Position numbers and translations under genes: made by a program. The notes beneath the pieces were generated by a model. It was not told where the DNA came from. It saw only the letters and a program-made list of their open reading frames with translations, and made no database searches. Of a stretch of 64,000 nt of DNA, positions 10,175 to 19,252 are shown piece after piece. How positions within the stretch are numbered: the stretch's first letter is position 1; every line of letters starts with the position of its first letter. Source of the DNA: a virus; the IMG/VR virus record IMGVR_UViG_3300037963_004147, positions 1-64,000 of that record; one strand, 5' to 3'.

Positions 10175-10882
10175 ATGGATAACTCAACGGTAAAAATAAA
10201 ACTTCAGCAAAGATTAAATAAATTATCTAGTAATGACTATGATAATATAGAAGATTGGCAAGTAACAGAAGCTTTTAATAAAGCTGCTGTGGAATGGTCT
10301 AGAAGACAATTACATGGTGGAAATATTTATAAAGAAGGCGATGAATTCTCAAAAAGAAGGATTGATGATATGCAAGTTTTATTAAGAGAATTACCGTTAA
10401 CTGGTGTTCAGAATGATGATTATTTTGAAACAACAAATTTTCCAATAGATGAATATCTTGAGTTCAAAAGAGTAACCACAAAAGCTAAAGATGAATGTTG
10501 CCCAGATCCAAGGACAATGACAGTATATTTAGCTGAGGAGGCAAATGTAAATCAAATATTAAGAGATCCTTTAAAGAATCCTAATTTTGATTGGGCAGAA
10601 ACCTTTTGTACTATACTTGGAAATAAAATTAGAATATACAAAAATAAAGATTTTAGCATTGTTGAACCGGTCTTAACTTACTATAAAAGACCTACATACA
10701 TACAATTTGCAAATGTTTTAGATCCATACTCTGGAACTGTTTCTCCTGTAGATGTTGAATCAGACTTCAAAGATGATATTGTAGAATTAATATTAGATGA
10801 AGCTGCTGCAATTATATCAGGTGATATTGATAACTATAACCAAATGCAAAGAGATCAGCAAGCTGCAGAAAGATCAAATTAA
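10175..10882 (+). CDS. Putative tail ring / head-tail adaptor protein (gene-74-like)
   Basis: 235 aa; N-terminal LNKLSSN..AFNKA, LTYYKRP and C-terminal IVELILDEAAAII pattern of adaptor/ring proteins; gene order. Confidence 0.65.
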   Translation: MDNSTVKIKLQQRLNKLSSNDYDNIEDWQVTEAFNKAAVEWSRRQLHGGNIYKEGDEFSKRRIDDMQVLLRELPLTGVQNDDYFETTNFPIDEYLEFKRVTTKAKDECCPDPRTMTVYLAEEANVNQILRDPLKNPNFDWAETFCTILGNKIRIYKNKDFSIVEPVLTYYKRPTYIQFANVLDPYSGTVSPVDVESDFKDDIVELILDEAAAIISGDIDNYNQMQRDQQAAERSN

Positions 10883-10903
10883 TATTTGTTAATTCAAAAA
10901 ACT

Positions 10904-10916
10904 TTTGTATATTATA
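10904..10916 (+). promoter_or_regulatory. Candidate late promoter TTTGTATATTATA
   Basis: Exact 13-mer also at 32377, near-exact at 12585 and 19230; TTTG lies 19 nt upstream of the TA (10885-10888). Confidence 0.6.
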
Positions 10917-10964
10917 GTGTATTACAAATACAAACAATTATATATAACTTTTAAATTTTAAAAA

Positions 10965-12509
10965 ATGGCTTATTTTAATCACGCTTTTAAAAAGAGTTTC
11001 CTAGTTGACGGAACAGTCACAGCTGGTGGAACTGCAACATCTGCTCTTGGAGCAGGAAAGTTGGCTATTATTGACGGATCTGATTGGGAAGTTGATACAA
11101 TAGCTAACATATCAAATGCCGGTAACTTAGCTTACTTAGTAGGTGGTAGTTACAGACAATCTGATACTATTGGTAATAACCCAGGACACGGAGGGTATGC
11201 TGAATCAATTAAATCAAAAGGTATCAACCTAAGATATCTTCATAGATTAGGAATTTCTAAATGTGAAGAAGGTTCTGCTGCTACATCTGAAATTTGTGTA
11301 GCTTCTGATTGTGCTCCTTGTGGACAAAACTTATTTGTACGTATTGACGTTAAAGGTTCTCCTGCATTACGTTTCTTAAATCACAATGCTTATGCAATTG
11401 GTGATAGTTCAGGTGATGCTGCCGCTAACGGTGGACCACTTCCAGGACTTTGCTGTACTGGTCAAACTAATGCTGGTGATCCTCAGACACATTTAGATCC
11501 AGCTATGGCTCTTGCTGCTGCTATGCAAATGGTATTGGCAGATCCAATTATCAAACCTTTTGTTAGAGAAGGTGTTGATTCTGCTGCTGGTATTCCTATT
11601 GATCTTGAGAATATTTCTGGTACTGCTGCAGCATATACACCAAGTACAACATTTACTGCTGTTGCTACTTCTGCATCAGCTTCTGGTACAGGTGCTACTG
11701 TAACAGTTGTAATTGATGGTGCTGGTACAATAGATACAATCACATTTGATTCTGCTGCTGGTGCTGCTAAAGATTATGTAGTTGGTGAAACTCTTACAGT
11801 ATTAGGAACTGCACTAGGTGGTGCTTCTCCTGCTAATGATGTTACATTTGATGTTAAAACTCTTGCTTCATCAGGATTTGGTATAAAAGTAACAACATCT
11901 GGTGTTGATGCTTACTATTCAATTGATCAAATTCTTAATGGTGGGTATACTGCATCAACTGATCCAGTTGATGATGAAGTTTCAGCTTGTGCAACTGTAG
12001 AAGGTGCTTATGTAGAAACTCAGTTTGGTGATTGTTCATTTGATACTAGAGATTTTTACGGGAAAGAGCCTGTAAGTATTATTACTTCTCTTTTAGATGA
12101 GACTGGTGATCCATGTAATGATTGTGGTGTTGTTACTAATACTCCTGGTTTAATGCGTCAAACTTCTGGTGAGACAGTTATTAGAGAGTTATTATTAACT
12201 GAATCATACATGCAAAATCCATTTAATCAAGGAAACAGAGATTCTTCTAGAATCCGTGAAATTGAAGGATTTGATCCTATCTTAGCTGCAATTGATAGAT
12301 CAGCTTTATACAAGGTATATTATTTACAACACAGTGTTCCAAGATGGAATAACCCAACTGGTGTATTTGATAATGATCAATACTTATACCAAGTGTTTGT
12401 AAAATGTTCTGACAATGCGGCTAACACAGCAATGACTACAATGTGGAATGCAATTTCTGCACAAGCCGATGCTATGAATAACCCAGTAAGCGTAGAAACA
12501 GACATATAA
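10965..12509 (+). CDS. Putative auxiliary capsid/structural protein (gene-73-like) with inserted beta-sandwich domain
   Basis: 514 aa, highly biased codon usage like MCP, own promoter motif and terminator; Gly/Ala/Thr-rich insertion at ~aa 212-300. Confidence 0.65.
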   Translation: MAYFNHAFKKSFLVDGTVTAGGTATSALGAGKLAIIDGSDWEVDTIANISNAGNLAYLVGGSYRQSDTIGNNPGHGGYAESIKSKGINLRYLHRLGISKCEEGSAATSEICVASDCAPCGQNLFVRIDVKGSPALRFLNHNAYAIGDSSGDAAANGGPLPGLCCTGQTNAGDPQTHLDPAMALAAAMQMVLADPIIKPFVREGVDSAAGIPIDLENISGTAAAYTPSTTFTAVATSASASGTGATVTVVIDGAGTIDTITFDSAAGAAKDYVVGETLTVLGTALGGASPANDVTFDVKTLASSGFGIKVTTSGVDAYYSIDQILNGGYTASTDPVDDEVSACATVEGAYVETQFGDCSFDTRDFYGKEPVSIITSLLDETGDPCNDCGVVTNTPGLMRQTSGETVIRELLLTESYMQNPFNQGNRDSSRIREIEGFDPILAAIDRSALYKVYYLQHSVPRWNNPTGVFDNDQYLYQVFVKCSDNAANTAMTTMWNAISAQADAMNNPVSVETDI

Positions 12510-12530
12510 AATATCTAAATATATGCTAAT

Positions 12531-12569
12531 AAGGAAAAGGTGAGATATTAAGTCTTGCCTTTTCTTTTT
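12531..12569 (+). terminator. Rho-independent terminator
   Basis: GAAAAGGTGAGA-TATTAAG-TCTTGCCTTTTC (two G-U pairs) followed by a T run. Confidence 0.75.
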
Positions 12570-12584
12570 ATATTCCATCTTTTT

Positions 12585-12596
12585 TTTGTATATTAT
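12585..12596 (+). promoter_or_regulatory. Candidate late promoter TTTGTATATTAT
   Basis: Repeat of the intergenic motif, immediately after a terminator and before ORF 12624. Confidence 0.6.
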
Positions 12597-12623
12597 TAAT
12601 GTATATCTATAAAATTATATTCT

Positions 12624-13178
12624 ATGGCTGATAAGCATAAATTGAGTTTAGAAGTTCCTACAGTTGCAGATTGTACAATATTATCTGTAAATGATACTAG
12701 TCAATATACGCCTTTATTACCTGTAGACTGTCCCGAACTATTAATAACTGTTCCAGGATTTAATTCTCCTGCCCTTATTTCCGTTACCCAAGATTTTAGT
12801 TTAAATCTAGTTGCATGCAACTTAGGTGTTCAAACTGTAGATTGTGGTACAACAAATACAGATTTACCAGATGGTGTTTATATTATAAAATATAGTGTAG
12901 CACCTAATGATGAAGTATTTGTAGAATATAATCATCTTAGAATTACTAAAATTCTTAATCTTTATCATGAAGTTTTATGTGGTTTACATGTAGATACATG
13001 CGAGCCTTCATCAGAGAGATGGGAATTAATAGGTGAAATTCATTATATAAGAACCTTAATAGATGCAGCTGTATCTCAGGTTGAATATTGTTGTTCACCA
13101 ACAAAGGGTATGGATATGTATAATTATGCTTTAAAAAGATTACAAAAGATATTATGCTTAACATCCTCTAATTGTTAA
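12624..13178 (+). CDS. Putative tail structural protein (tail-hub-like position)
   Basis: 184 aa; LPDGVYIIKYSV beta segment followed by a helical C-terminus; gene order. Confidence 0.5.
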   Translation: MADKHKLSLEVPTVADCTILSVNDTSQYTPLLPVDCPELLITVPGFNSPALISVTQDFSLNLVACNLGVQTVDCGTTNTDLPDGVYIIKYSVAPNDEVFVEYNHLRITKILNLYHEVLCGLHVDTCEPSSERWELIGEIHYIRTLIDAAVSQVEYCCSPTKGMDMYNYALKRLQKILCLTSSNC

Positions 13179-13199
13179 AAAAATTTTAAAACCAAATAT

Positions 13200-13367
13200 A
13201 TGAACTGTGTTTATTGCGGAAAAGGATTTAGCTGCGGTTGCCAGAGAACAAGAACACCAGATGGTAAACCCATACATAAGTCTTGTTTAACAGCATATAA
13301 TAATAGCAAAAAAGCAAAAGTGGATCCTTTAACGGCAAAGATTAATAAAGCAAAAAGAAACTTTTAA
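13200..13367 (+). CDS. Small Cys-rich basic protein, 55 aa (absent from the ORF track)
   Basis: MNCVYCGKGFSCGCQRTRTPDGKPIHKSCLTAYNNSKKAKVDPLTAKINKAKRNF*. Fills the gap exactly, its stop abuts the GTG of 13368, and it has a TTAAAACCAA leader. Confidence 0.8.
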   Translation: MNCVYCGKGFSCGCQRTRTPDGKPIHKSCLTAYNNSKKAKVDPLTAKINKAKRNF

Positions 13368-13595
13368 GTGGATAGTAATAAAAAAATAGGGTTAGAAACA
13401 GAATTTGCTAATGCATCTTACCAAGATTTTAAAGCAAAAAGGTTTGGATTAACACCATGTTGTTATTCTGATTTACAATTAATATCTCTTAAAAAAGAGA
13501 TTTGTGATTGGGAAGAATTGCAAGCAGAAGTTTTAACCCCAACAGAAGGTCTAGTTACAAAAATTGTAGACTGTGATACACTTACTGCTAGTTAG
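13368..13595 (+). CDS. Small hypothetical protein (Cys-containing)
   Basis: 75 aa, GTG start directly after the preceding stop; RFGLTPCC motif. Confidence 0.6.
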   Translation: MDSNKKIGLETEFANASYQDFKAKRFGLTPCCYSDLQLISLKKEICDWEELQAEVLTPTEGLVTKIVDCDTLTAS

Positions 13596-13615
13596 GATAA
13601 ATGAATAAAAATGAT

Positions 13616-13624
13616 TATATTATA
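13616..13624 (+). promoter_or_regulatory. Candidate late promoter core TATATTATA
   Basis: Core of the repeated motif just before ORF 13636; TTAG 20 nt upstream. Confidence 0.4.
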
Positions 13625-13635
13625 TATAGAGAATT

Positions 13636-16600
13636 ATGATACCAACTAATAATAATACACCTTCGCCTTGTAATCCAATTTCTTCAAATTGTGTTATATG
13701 GCAGGGTCCGGATATTTCATGTATTAACTTATGCAATGGTGATACAGTAAGTGATGTTGTAGCAGCATTAGCAGAAAAGCTATGCGAAATAATTGATCAG
13801 GCATGTGCTTGTGATCCAGATTTAACTGGTTTAGAACTTAAATGTGCATTACCTCAAGCAGGTATGCCAGACACATTTGTTGAAACATTACAAGCTATTA
13901 TAGATTATATGTGTAATATTACTCCTGGTAGTAGTGATGTAGTTGTAGTTGAATTACCTCCATGTTTAAGATATACAGATAACCTTGGAAATATTGTTTC
14001 TCAACTACCATTAACAGACTGGGCGGATCTTGTAAATAATAAGATATGTGATATAATTAATGCAATTAGTATTATAAATCAAAATATTACAAATCTTGAA
14101 AATAGAGTTGCTATATTAGAATCATGCGTTCTTCCATGTACTCCAGCTCAAGCTCCTGACTTTGATATTATACCACAATGTATATTACCTTCTACAACTG
14201 CTGTACCTGTATCTACATTAGTTCTTGCTATTGAAATAGCTTTTTGTAACTTAAGAGATGTTGTAGGAACTGTCACTGAAGTAACGTCTGCAATTGCAGC
14301 ACAATGTTTAACACCAACAATGTCTTCATTATCCGGAAGTGGGGCAAATTATGGATCTCTTCCTGGATGGATTATGACACCTAATACTTTAGCTGGTTCA
14401 CATATAAATCAATGGATTGCTATTTGTGATTTATATACAGCAGTTTCAGATATACAACAAAACTGTTGTGATGATTCTGGATGTGATGGTGTTGACTTTA
14501 AGTATAGTTATATATTAGAAGATTCTAACGGTGATGGTATTCCGGATGCTTTAAAACTTGGATTTTCAGGATCAACTATACCTGTAGGATATGCTGATTG
14601 TGGTGGAACAACAACAATAACAGTGACAGATGCTGCTGGGCAAACAGTAAGTCAAAATGCTATTATTACTACTTTAGCATCTTCAGGTGCTTATGTTAGT
14701 ATTGCATTGGGAACTTTAAATGTATTATCTTCACTTACAGTTTCAATACCTTTTTGTGTAACCAATGGTACTAATCAATGTGCAGATACACAATCATTAA
14801 TAATTCCTGGTAATGTTCCATGTCCTACCCTTATAGTAACTCAAGCAGCAACAGATATTATAACTAGTTGGACATCTCCAATAAGTGCTGGTTCTACATT
14901 TGAAATTGATGCTGTAGATTCTTTATCTGGTGTTTCATTAGGTTCAGCAACTATAAATGCTCTAGGTGGTATGAATACTTATAATCATACTTTTGCAGGT
15001 GCATCACCCGGAAGTACATATATTATAAGTTTAAATATTATAGTAAATGGAGCAATAACAGCTTGTCCTCCTGTAACAATTACCATGAATGGAGATTTAT
15101 GTAGTGATTTAGAAGTAACATCTTTAAGTGTTGGTGCTCCTAGTCCAACAGATAGAATGTACTTAGGTTTATATGATGATGGAGTAACTGTATCTAGATA
15201 TTATTATGACTATAGTACTTTTGGTTTTGAAGTTATTAAACGAGAAGATATTGCTGGTTCAGTACCGTGTGAATCTGTAAGTTTAACTAATCAATCAATG
15301 AATACAGGAACAGGTGAAATTACAGTTACAGTAACATATAATGATGCTTCTCCTGTAAGTTGTGAATTATCATATAGTTCTGATGGTGTAACTTACTCAG
15401 CTCCTGCAACAGGTGCGGATGGTGTAAGAACACTAGCTACCGGAATTACTTCAGGATCTGTTTATTTAAAAGCACAACAAACATGTACTGGTCCAATAGA
15501 AGGTTTACCTACAATCATGAGATATGATTTTAATACAGGTACATGGATGGTATTACAATCTCCTGCAGATTGTCAATCATCACATATTCTTGCAGCATGT
15601 CCTTCAGGTCAAGAAGTTAGTAGATTAACTTTAGAATGTGGTTTAAATACATATACAACTCCTGGAGCATCTGCACAGTCATGGTGGTTCTATGTAGGAA
15701 AAAGAACTGTAGGTCCTGGCATAATGAGATATATTTATGCTTCATGGGATAATGCAACTAGTACGGTAAGAAGTGTTGTTGAGTGTTGTGCTTGTCCAAC
15801 ATTTATATTATCAGATAAGATTCAAGCATTGTGCGGTGAAGCTGGAGATGCTGTTGAAATAACATTCCCATATGTATTGGGTGGTGGCATTCCTGATTTT
15901 ACTTTAGGACCTGGTCCAGTATTAGGTGGTGTAGTACAAGATGCAACGCAAAAGAATAAGTTTACTTATACATCAGCGGGAGTTGCTACTTCTGATAATT
16001 ACGCAGATACATTCCAAGTACAGCTTCAACCAACTATTCCAGGAACTGAGGGATGTGGAGTATATCAATTAACAGCACAAGTTGGAATGGTTAATTGCGG
16101 TGTTACATTAAAATATACAGCTCAGCCAATATTTGCTTTTATAAATACAAATAGTTTTACACCTACTGAAGGTGGTATGATAAAACAAGGATTAATTCAA
16201 TTAGCTGCCGATTGGGCTGTAGACTTTGGATATTCTGGTAGTGTTTATTTTATTCCAATGGATGAAACAAACTGGTTAGGATATAGTCAAAAAATTGTAG
16301 AAGATGGTTCTAGTTATGTTAATCCTGTAGATCCTTTATGGGATGCAATGAAATCATTACCAAGTTCTTGGACAGGTGGTGCATCTATATATAAAAATGC
16401 AGCATGTGTAATTATATTTTCAAATGGTTCTGAAGGTGTGTATCATGATGCAACAATAGCTGCTGGATTTGGAGCAGGTGTAACTGCACAACCAACATCT
16501 CAATATAAAGCTGATTATGATGCTCATCTTGACATGTTAAATGGTACTGCTTTAAGTGCTTGGGCAATAGGTCAGGGTATTTCAAGTCCTCAGTTTCCAG

Positions 16601-17283
16601 ATGGTTTATCAACAATCCTTTATCCAATGGCTGTTGCAAACTCTGCAGGTGCTGATACTGCAAATTTATTGCAAATGATGGCTGCATATACATCTGAAAC
16701 AATTCCTGCTGCTAAATATGGTATTAAAACTTTACCAGATCTTACTAACTATTTATTACAAGGTCTTTCTCCAGGTAATCCATATGCAGGAGCACCTACT
16801 ATAGTTGGTAACTTTACATCTCAATTATATAGAACAGAAGATGGTGGAGGTGCAACAATATCTGGAATGCTTGCATTACTAAGTCAAGAAAAGAATAATA
16901 AAATTCTAAATGAAATAAATACAAATAGCAATGCTCAATTTAAAGAAACATTGACAAGAGCTATAAAGAGTTGTGGTGATGCATTTACTGCAGATCCTTT
17001 ACCAACATCAAATTCATATTTAGTAGAATGGTGTAAAAAGACATCAGCCGATAGATATAATGTTACTATACCTGGACATAGTTGTGGTACATTAGCTAAC
17101 GGAACTGTTTTAAAATTAACAAATAATTCAGGAGGAGATTATTCTCCACCAGGTGCTGATGTTTGGCCAGATACAGAAGAACACTGCTTTACAATAATTG
17201 ATAACTGTGATTCAACTGCAGCTTTAGGTACTACTACCATGGGTACTATTCATGTAGATTGTGATGATTGTCTAACGCCTTAA
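13636..17283 (+). CDS. Large Cys-rich virion protein, putative tail fibre/spike
   Basis: 1215 aa; Cys-rich N-terminal repeats, coiled coil (INQNITNLENRVAILE), FN3/Ig-like beta domains, C-terminal CDDC. Confidence 0.6.
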   Translation: MIPTNNNTPSPCNPISSNCVIWQGPDISCINLCNGDTVSDVVAALAEKLCEIIDQACACDPDLTGLELKCALPQAGMPDTFVETLQAIIDYMCNITPGSSDVVVVELPPCLRYTDNLGNIVSQLPLTDWADLVNNKICDIINAISIINQNITNLENRVAILESCVLPCTPAQAPDFDIIPQCILPSTTAVPVSTLVLAIEIAFCNLRDVVGTVTEVTSAIAAQCLTPTMSSLSGSGANYGSLPGWIMTPNTLAGSHINQWIAICDLYTAVSDIQQNCCDDSGCDGVDFKYSYILEDSNGDGIPDALKLGFSGSTIPVGYADCGGTTTITVTDAAGQTVSQNAIITTLASSGAYVSIALGTLNVLSSLTVSIPFCVTNGTNQCADTQSLIIPGNVPCPTLIVTQAATDIITSWTSPISAGSTFEIDAVDSLSGVSLGSATINALGGMNTYNHTFAGASPGSTYIISLNIIVNGAITACPPVTITMNGDLCSDLEVTSLSVGAPSPTDRMYLGLYDDGVTVSRYYYDYSTFGFEVIKREDIAGSVPCESVSLTNQSMNTGTGEITVTVTYNDASPVSCELSYSSDGVTYSAPATGADGVRTLATGITSGSVYLKAQQTCTGPIEGLPTIMRYDFNTGTWMVLQSPADCQSSHILAACPSGQEVSRLTLECGLNTYTTPGASAQSWWFYVGKRTVGPGIMRYIYASWDNATSTVRSVVECCACPTFILSDKIQALCGEAGDAVEITFPYVLGGGIPDFTLGPGPVLGGVVQDATQKNKFTYTSAGVATSDNYADTFQVQLQPTIPGTEGCGVYQLTAQVGMVNCGVTLKYTAQPIFAFINTNSFTPTEGGMIKQGLIQLAADWAVDFGYSGSVYFIPMDETNWLGYSQKIVEDGSSYVNPVDPLWDAMKSLPSSWTGGASIYKNAACVIIFSNGSEGVYHDATIAAGFGAGVTAQPTSQYKADYDAHLDMLNGTALSAWAIGQGISSPQFPDGLSTILYPMAVANSAGADTANLLQMMAAYTSETIPAAKYGIKTLPDLTNYLLQGLSPGNPYAGAPTIVGNFTSQLYRTEDGGGATISGMLALLSQEKNNKILNEINTNSNAQFKETLTRAIKSCGDAFTADPLPTSNSYLVEWCKKTSADRYNVTIPGHSCGTLANGTVLKLTNNSGGDYSPPGADVWPDTEEHCFTIIDNCDSTAALGTTTMGTIHVDCDDCLTP

Positions 17284-17293
17284 AAATATAAAA

Positions 17294-17854
17294 ATGAATT
17301 GTAATTGTACTAAATGTAGTCCTAGTAAACCTTGCGGATGTAATGATACAGCGTTAACTAATCCATGTACTTATACTGATTGTAGTATAGGTAGTGAAAG
17401 ATGTTCTGATATTCAATGTGCAGAATGTGTAAGTTATTGTGGTACAACATTTCAAATTGGAGGTTTAACGGAAGTAATAAGAATAGAAAAAGGAGAAAGA
17501 TTAGATTCAATTATTCAAAAATTTGCTCTTATGTTAAGTCAAGGTGTAGGAGCTTGTACTGCAAATGATGTTAATCATGCACCTTATAATGTATATGCTA
17601 CAACAATTACTAATAGTAGTATTACTGTTGTTTGGAATGGTGAATCAGCTGTTTCAGCAGGAATTAATGTATACTATGATGATGGTATTACTGGTTATTT
17701 ATTAGCAAATGCAAGTCCAATTGCACTAGGTGTAAATACATTTACTATTCCACTATTAACACCTTCAACAGATTATACTATAAAGCTAACCTCAATTGAT
17801 GGTCTTGGAGGATCTTGCGATAGTGTTGAGCTTATTGTTAGTACAATAGCATAA
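17294..17854 (+). CDS. Cys-rich protein with C-terminal fibronectin type III domain
   Basis: APYNV...ITNSSITVVW...Y...FTIPLLTPSTDYTIKL is an FN3 pattern; the N-terminus shares a CV(S/I)(Y/W)xG...G motif with ORF 13636. Confidence 0.7.
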   Translation: MNCNCTKCSPSKPCGCNDTALTNPCTYTDCSIGSERCSDIQCAECVSYCGTTFQIGGLTEVIRIEKGERLDSIIQKFALMLSQGVGACTANDVNHAPYNVYATTITNSSITVVWNGESAVSAGINVYYDDGITGYLLANASPIALGVNTFTIPLLTPSTDYTIKLTSIDGLGGSCDSVELIVSTIA

Positions 17855-17857
17855 AAT

Positions 17858-17934
17858 TAAACAGAGGTGATAATTTGTTGGTTTTTTATTGCCAAGTTTG
17901 GGAAGCTCAGTAAGTACTACTGGGCTTCTTTTTT
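17858..17934 (+). ncRNA. Candidate small RNA / structured 3' UTR with antisense loop
   Basis: Stem GGTGATAA(17866-17873)/TTATTGCC(17886-17893) presents loop TTTGTTGGTTTT and is followed by a terminator hairpin. The loop is complementary to the AAAACCAA(C/A)A leaders at 4681, 9140 and 13188. Confidence 0.45.
17902..17934 (+). terminator. Rho-independent terminator
   Basis: GAAGCTCAGTA-AGTAC-TACTGGGCTTC followed by T6. Confidence 0.85.
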
Positions 17935-17978
17935 CTATAATAAAATTTTCTTAAATTAGTGAGCCTTAAATTTTTAAC

Positions 17979-19196
17979 ATGAATAATAAAGAAATTAGAG
18001 AAAAAGTGAAAGAATCTTTTAGCTGGAAGAAAAATTCAGCAATATGTGCTAAAAGGGTTGGCATTTCACTTTCAAAATATCTTAGGATTAAACAAGAACT
18101 TAAGACAGAATCAAAAAATTTAAAAAGAGCAAAACAAGGTAGAACTGAAAGCTTTAATTTAGAAAAAGGTGAAGGTACTATATCAACTCTAGCTGCAAAT
18201 GAACCTAAAAATCCAAAGGAGATAATTAAACTTTTAAAGATAGATACATCCAAATGGAAGTTATCTCAATACTGGAATAAACAAATGGGAGATCATTGGA
18301 GAGTATCTGCTCTTGTTTCAAAACTTAAAGAATCTGAACAAAGTCATATTGAAGAATTATTAAAAAAATGGAAACCTAAAAAACACAATATACCAAATTT
18401 GTCTAGACCAAAAGGTTATTCTTTATCACCAGATAGGGATCAAGTTTGTGGTATTATGTCTTTACAAGATATCCATTTTGGAAAAGAAGGTAATGAAACT
18501 ATAGATAAAGACTTTGAAGATACAGTAATGGACCTTATAAAAAGAGGAACAGCTTCACATAATATTGAAAACTTATATTTTGTAGTTGGAGGTGATTTAA
18601 TTAATATGGATACCTTTTCAGGTACAACTACTAGCGGTACACCATTAGATAACTGTTCAACAGCTACAGAAGCATATATACAAGCGTTTGACGCAATGCA
18701 TTGGGCTATCCAACTTATTATGCAGCATGTAGGTCATTTAACTGTGGTGTATATACCGGGTAATCATGATAGATTATCATCATTTCATTTAGTACATGCT
18801 TTATCTAAATCAATATCTGATCATCCTAATATAACATGGGATATTGAATATGCAGAAAGAAAGGTTCATGTATGGCATGATAACTTTAATGCTTTTGAAC
18901 ACGGAGATGCTACAAGCAAAAATACAGCTGTTGTGTATGCAACAGAGTTTGCTAATGAGTGGGGTTCTACAACAAATAGAACATTATTCACAGGGCATTT
19001 TCATCAAAATAAAAAAATAGAATATATAACAACTAGTGAGACTGCAGGTTTTATTCATAAAACTTTACCCAGTTTATCTAAAACAGATTATTACCATTAT
19101 CATAAAAAGTATGTAGGTAATAGAAGATCAGGTAAGTTAGAATTGCAATCACCTACTAAAGGTAATATTTGTGAACTAACTTATTTGGCAGATTAA
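17979..19196 (+). CDS. Calcineurin-like metallophosphoesterase with N-terminal HTH-like region
   Basis: All five motifs in order: DIHFG, GGDLIN, PGNHD, EHGD, TGHFH. Confidence 0.88.
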   Translation: MNNKEIREKVKESFSWKKNSAICAKRVGISLSKYLRIKQELKTESKNLKRAKQGRTESFNLEKGEGTISTLAANEPKNPKEIIKLLKIDTSKWKLSQYWNKQMGDHWRVSALVSKLKESEQSHIEELLKKWKPKKHNIPNLSRPKGYSLSPDRDQVCGIMSLQDIHFGKEGNETIDKDFEDTVMDLIKRGTASHNIENLYFVVGGDLINMDTFSGTTTSGTPLDNCSTATEAYIQAFDAMHWAIQLIMQHVGHLTVVYIPGNHDRLSSFHLVHALSKSISDHPNITWDIEYAERKVHVWHDNFNAFEHGDATSKNTAVVYATEFANEWGSTTNRTLFTGHFHQNKKIEYITTSETAGFIHKTLPSLSKTDYYHYHKKYVGNRRSGKLELQSPTKGNICELTYLAD

Positions 19197-19200
19197 TATA

Positions 19201-19232
19201 AGGATTTAACTTTTTTAAGTCCTGTTTTTTTT
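19201..19232 (+). terminator. Rho-independent terminator
   Basis: AGGATTTAA-CTTT-TTAAGTCCT then G and T8. Confidence 0.7.
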
Positions 19233-19242
19233 GTAAATTATA
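19230..19242 (+). promoter_or_regulatory. Candidate late promoter TTTGTAAATTATA
   Basis: One mismatch to the 10904/32377 13-mer; overlaps the terminator T-tract. Confidence 0.55.
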
Positions 19243-19252
19243 ATAGAAGACT

